NCBI GenBank assembly: GCA_051362555.1
Contig: CM120641.1
Coordinates: 4,588,001 to 4,652,000 of the forward strand
Source of the DNA: Lingula anatina
Taxonomy: Eukaryota > Animalia > Brachiopoda
DNA length: 64,000 bases
Direction: 5' to 3'
Shown here: one piece after another, positions 61,501-64,000 of the stretch
Layout: every line of letters starts with the position of its first letter
Position numbering within the stretch: position 1 is the first letter of the stretch
Program-made: the position numbers and the translations under genes
Notes under the pieces: generated by a model
What the model was told of the DNA's origin: nothing
Seen by the model: only the letters and a program-made list of their open reading frames with translations
Databases searched by the model: none

Positions 61501-62221
61501 TTGTAACATTCCACAGTCCATCTATCATACGTTTTACTTGTTTCAGAGGCAATAAATCATGTCATAAATCAAAGTAATTAGTTTGCATCTTACAAAGATG
61601 AATACAAGAAACGGAAAAACTAACGGCATACGAGATCCATGTACTTTTGTGTTTTATTGGCTTTAAACATTGTTTCAGTAATACTGTTACTATTCAAATA
61701 CAGTCAAACTGTACTGTATCACCAAATTACACTAAAATTGTCTACACCATAATTTAAACCTTCTTGACATTTTAATGTTATTATGATTTTAAAAAAAAGG
61801 GAACGTGAGTCCGGTGTTATCAGGTACGGTATCAAGATCATTTGGAGGGAAATTTTACCTGGCGTCTCCAAATCGGTATCGTACTCATAATCTTCCTCAA
61901 ATTTTGTTTCGATCTCAGTCTCTTTCTTCCCATCCAGTGCGTCACCAGTGTCATTTCTTATGAGATCAAAAGATGCCTCGGAGTACATAAACTGTAGCAT
62001 TTCTTGGTCACTAATTGCAACATCGGGGGAGTCGGGTGGGGGCACACCGTTGTATGTGTGGGCTGGTATTTCTGGCCGTTTTATTGGTGTTATTCGACTA
62101 GTTGTCAAATTAGTGAGAGTTCGTTCGTGCATTCTACTACGGAATGTTTGTTCCCTTTTCGCTTTGACCTCTGCAACTGCGTCATCTGGCTGTTCCATTA
62201 TGTTATTGTCGTAGTGATTTC
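55511..62221 (-). CDS. LRRC74-like: LRRC74-like leucine-rich-repeat protein with C-terminal EF-hands, 13 exons
   Basis: GT-AG exons with consistent phase: 62221-61859, 61308-61130, 59913-59806, 59426-59333, 59044-58995, 58455-58374, 58171-58086, 57820-57629, 57130-57035, 56773-56665, 56488-56322, 56041-55956, 55562-55511. The translation includes YDTDLE, YLAACKRLRVVPV, RI-type LRRs (LDLSGNNL, LDLSHNNM, LNLGWNNF) and EF-hands (DKDGSMSVTREE, DKDKDGEVDFKE). The start codon is uncertain; ATG 62198 is a candidate. Confidence 0.85.
55667..55886. repeat. Short diverged direct repeat (core of about 75 bp, period of about 140 bp) in the last intron of the LRR gene
   Basis: aacagc.actg..gtaactt.ca.ttcaagatcttt...catttctattctatcaaagtc.aat..aa.taatgaat occurs twice. 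Confidence 0.75.
60075..60336 (-). mobile_element. Palindromic MITE, copy B, within an intron of the LRR gene
   Basis: Inverted arms atctcc.aggggattctcgctaaattgc ... gcaatttagcgagaatccccttggagat. Homologous to 47712-47960. Confidence 0.85.
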
Positions 62222-64000
62222 CTAATAAAACTAAAGCATCGGAATCGGGTATATCAAAATGCACTTCCTCGCACTAACCTAATTAGATGAAGAAGTCCTT
62301 CCGCGGCCTCGACTGGAAACCTCAACTCCTCACTGGTTTTAAGCATGCTTCATTCTTCTGCTTATTTCATTTATTCTTCCCAGTAATGTATAAGTCCCAT
62401 ATGAAACAGCTGAAGCGATGTCGCAGCAGGTGCTGATTTGAAACTAAACTGAATTGATTTGAACACAATGACCTAGGGAGTAAAGAGCAATGGATTTTAC
62501 TTATCTCAACAGTGCAGCAGTGGTATCTTCATATAAACCCTTCATACTTATCACAATGTACCCAGGTAATATACTGTTTTATCGTATATAGCTGCGTCTA
62601 ACAGTGAACGGAGGTTTACGTTCCTATTATCATTGGTGTGGCTATTTATCTGCAGTGAGTTGTAGTTCTATATCCCGCTACTGATCGTTGTCATTTCCTT
62701 TCCGCCATCCCGTCTGCTATGACAACAGTTCAATATACTGATGTTCAGACACCAAGGCCATTCAAGGCAAAGAACACTGACCCCTTTCAGTCGATGTCAT
62801 TTCTTCGTTATTTTTTTTTAAATGGGTAATCGTCTTTGTAGCCAGGAGCCCATGCTTCGGAAATTAACCAAATGTTAACTTGTGCCCCACCTTTGGCTGT
62901 ATCAAACATAGAACTCCAGCGACGGCAAACAGTGGGAACCAGTTTAGCCGTTGACAAATATTTGTTATATGAACAGTGAAAGTTTTATTGAAACACCGAG
63001 TAAATAATCTGTCAATTGCCATTTACTAATTGTATGGTAAATATTTCCTCTCTATAGATGATGTTGTCATATATGATTCAAACACAGCACTTACTAAACT
63101 GTACGAATTTGAAGCATTTTAAGTAATTCTTAGGCCAAATAATCAATGACAAAGTGATCGCAAACAGAATCTCTAAGGACCCGATTACATTACAGTGCAT
63201 TATATACATTTTCTTATATCATACAAGGAAGAAGTGGCAAGTCAAATATGTCAGAGCGCATAAACGCTTTAGACAAAAATAAACATTAAACTTACAGTTA
63301 CATTGCCAAATGCTTAATTAGCGAAAATAGCCTGCGGCTTAACTTTTTGACAGCCCTTATATTGGCTGGGCTTGCGATTTTTGGTCACTTTATGGGCTTG
63401 GCGAGCGGTGGGTGTTTAGCTTTTTGCAAAGATAATACAGACACAAATATAAATTATTTATTATTATTTGGACATTCGGCATTTACTTACCACATTATGG
63501 GTTGTCAATCTTCGATCAATATGTTTGCGCTTTTTGATGGCTTCAATTCCCTTTGAAATTCGTCAGAATGGTTGTTTTTTCCTCTTTTCTTGAGCCCGAA
63601 GAGATGATTATATTCAAAAACCTTTTGATTCAGTGATCACTTCAGCCAGAACCTCCGTGGTTATAAAGTGAAGAATCACAATATCAAAAGTTGTTACATT
63701 ATCATGCTTTATTAAAAAAAAAATTGATTAATTGCGGACAAAATACTGACAGATTCCTTTTTATTTTTAAGACACCACAAATAAAACAAAAACACCCTTT
63801 GTTCTTTTAGCGTGAGAGTCTTATATTCTGTCTATATAATGTATTACATATACACAAACTAATAACTTTCCAGGAAACAAAACAGCGGCACAAGATAATG
63901 ACGGTCATGTCCTAGAATAAAATCCTTTCTAGATTGTATATTTTTTCCCGTATGTTCACAATTGTAGTTAATAATCATACTATATATAATATATAATAGT

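Overview
This is eukaryotic, AT-rich, intron-containing invertebrate DNA; the gene content suggests a lophotrochozoan, which is an inference. Most of the window is a tandem cluster of eight innexin (gap-junction channel) genes between about 10.9 and 53.5 kb, seven on + and one on -. Every copy has an intronless CDS with a splice acceptor 1-2 nt before the ATG, and candidate non-coding 5' exons lie upstream. One copy (33810-37114) is cleanly split by a 2108-bp non-autonomous PIF/Harbinger-type transposon with perfect 49-bp TIRs and a TTA target-site duplication; removing it restores a 397-aa ORF. A collapsed tandem duplicate of the innexin-5/6 unit (about 44990-46642) has lost both CDSs but keeps a 115-bp identical copy of a 5' exon and splice donor that now faces innexin 7. 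The right end holds a 13-exon LRRC74-like LRR plus EF-hand gene on the - strand. The left end has a non-LTR retrotransposon fragment, and several MITE, foldback and Helentron-like elements are scattered throughout. All calls come from reading the sequence by eye; no searches were run.
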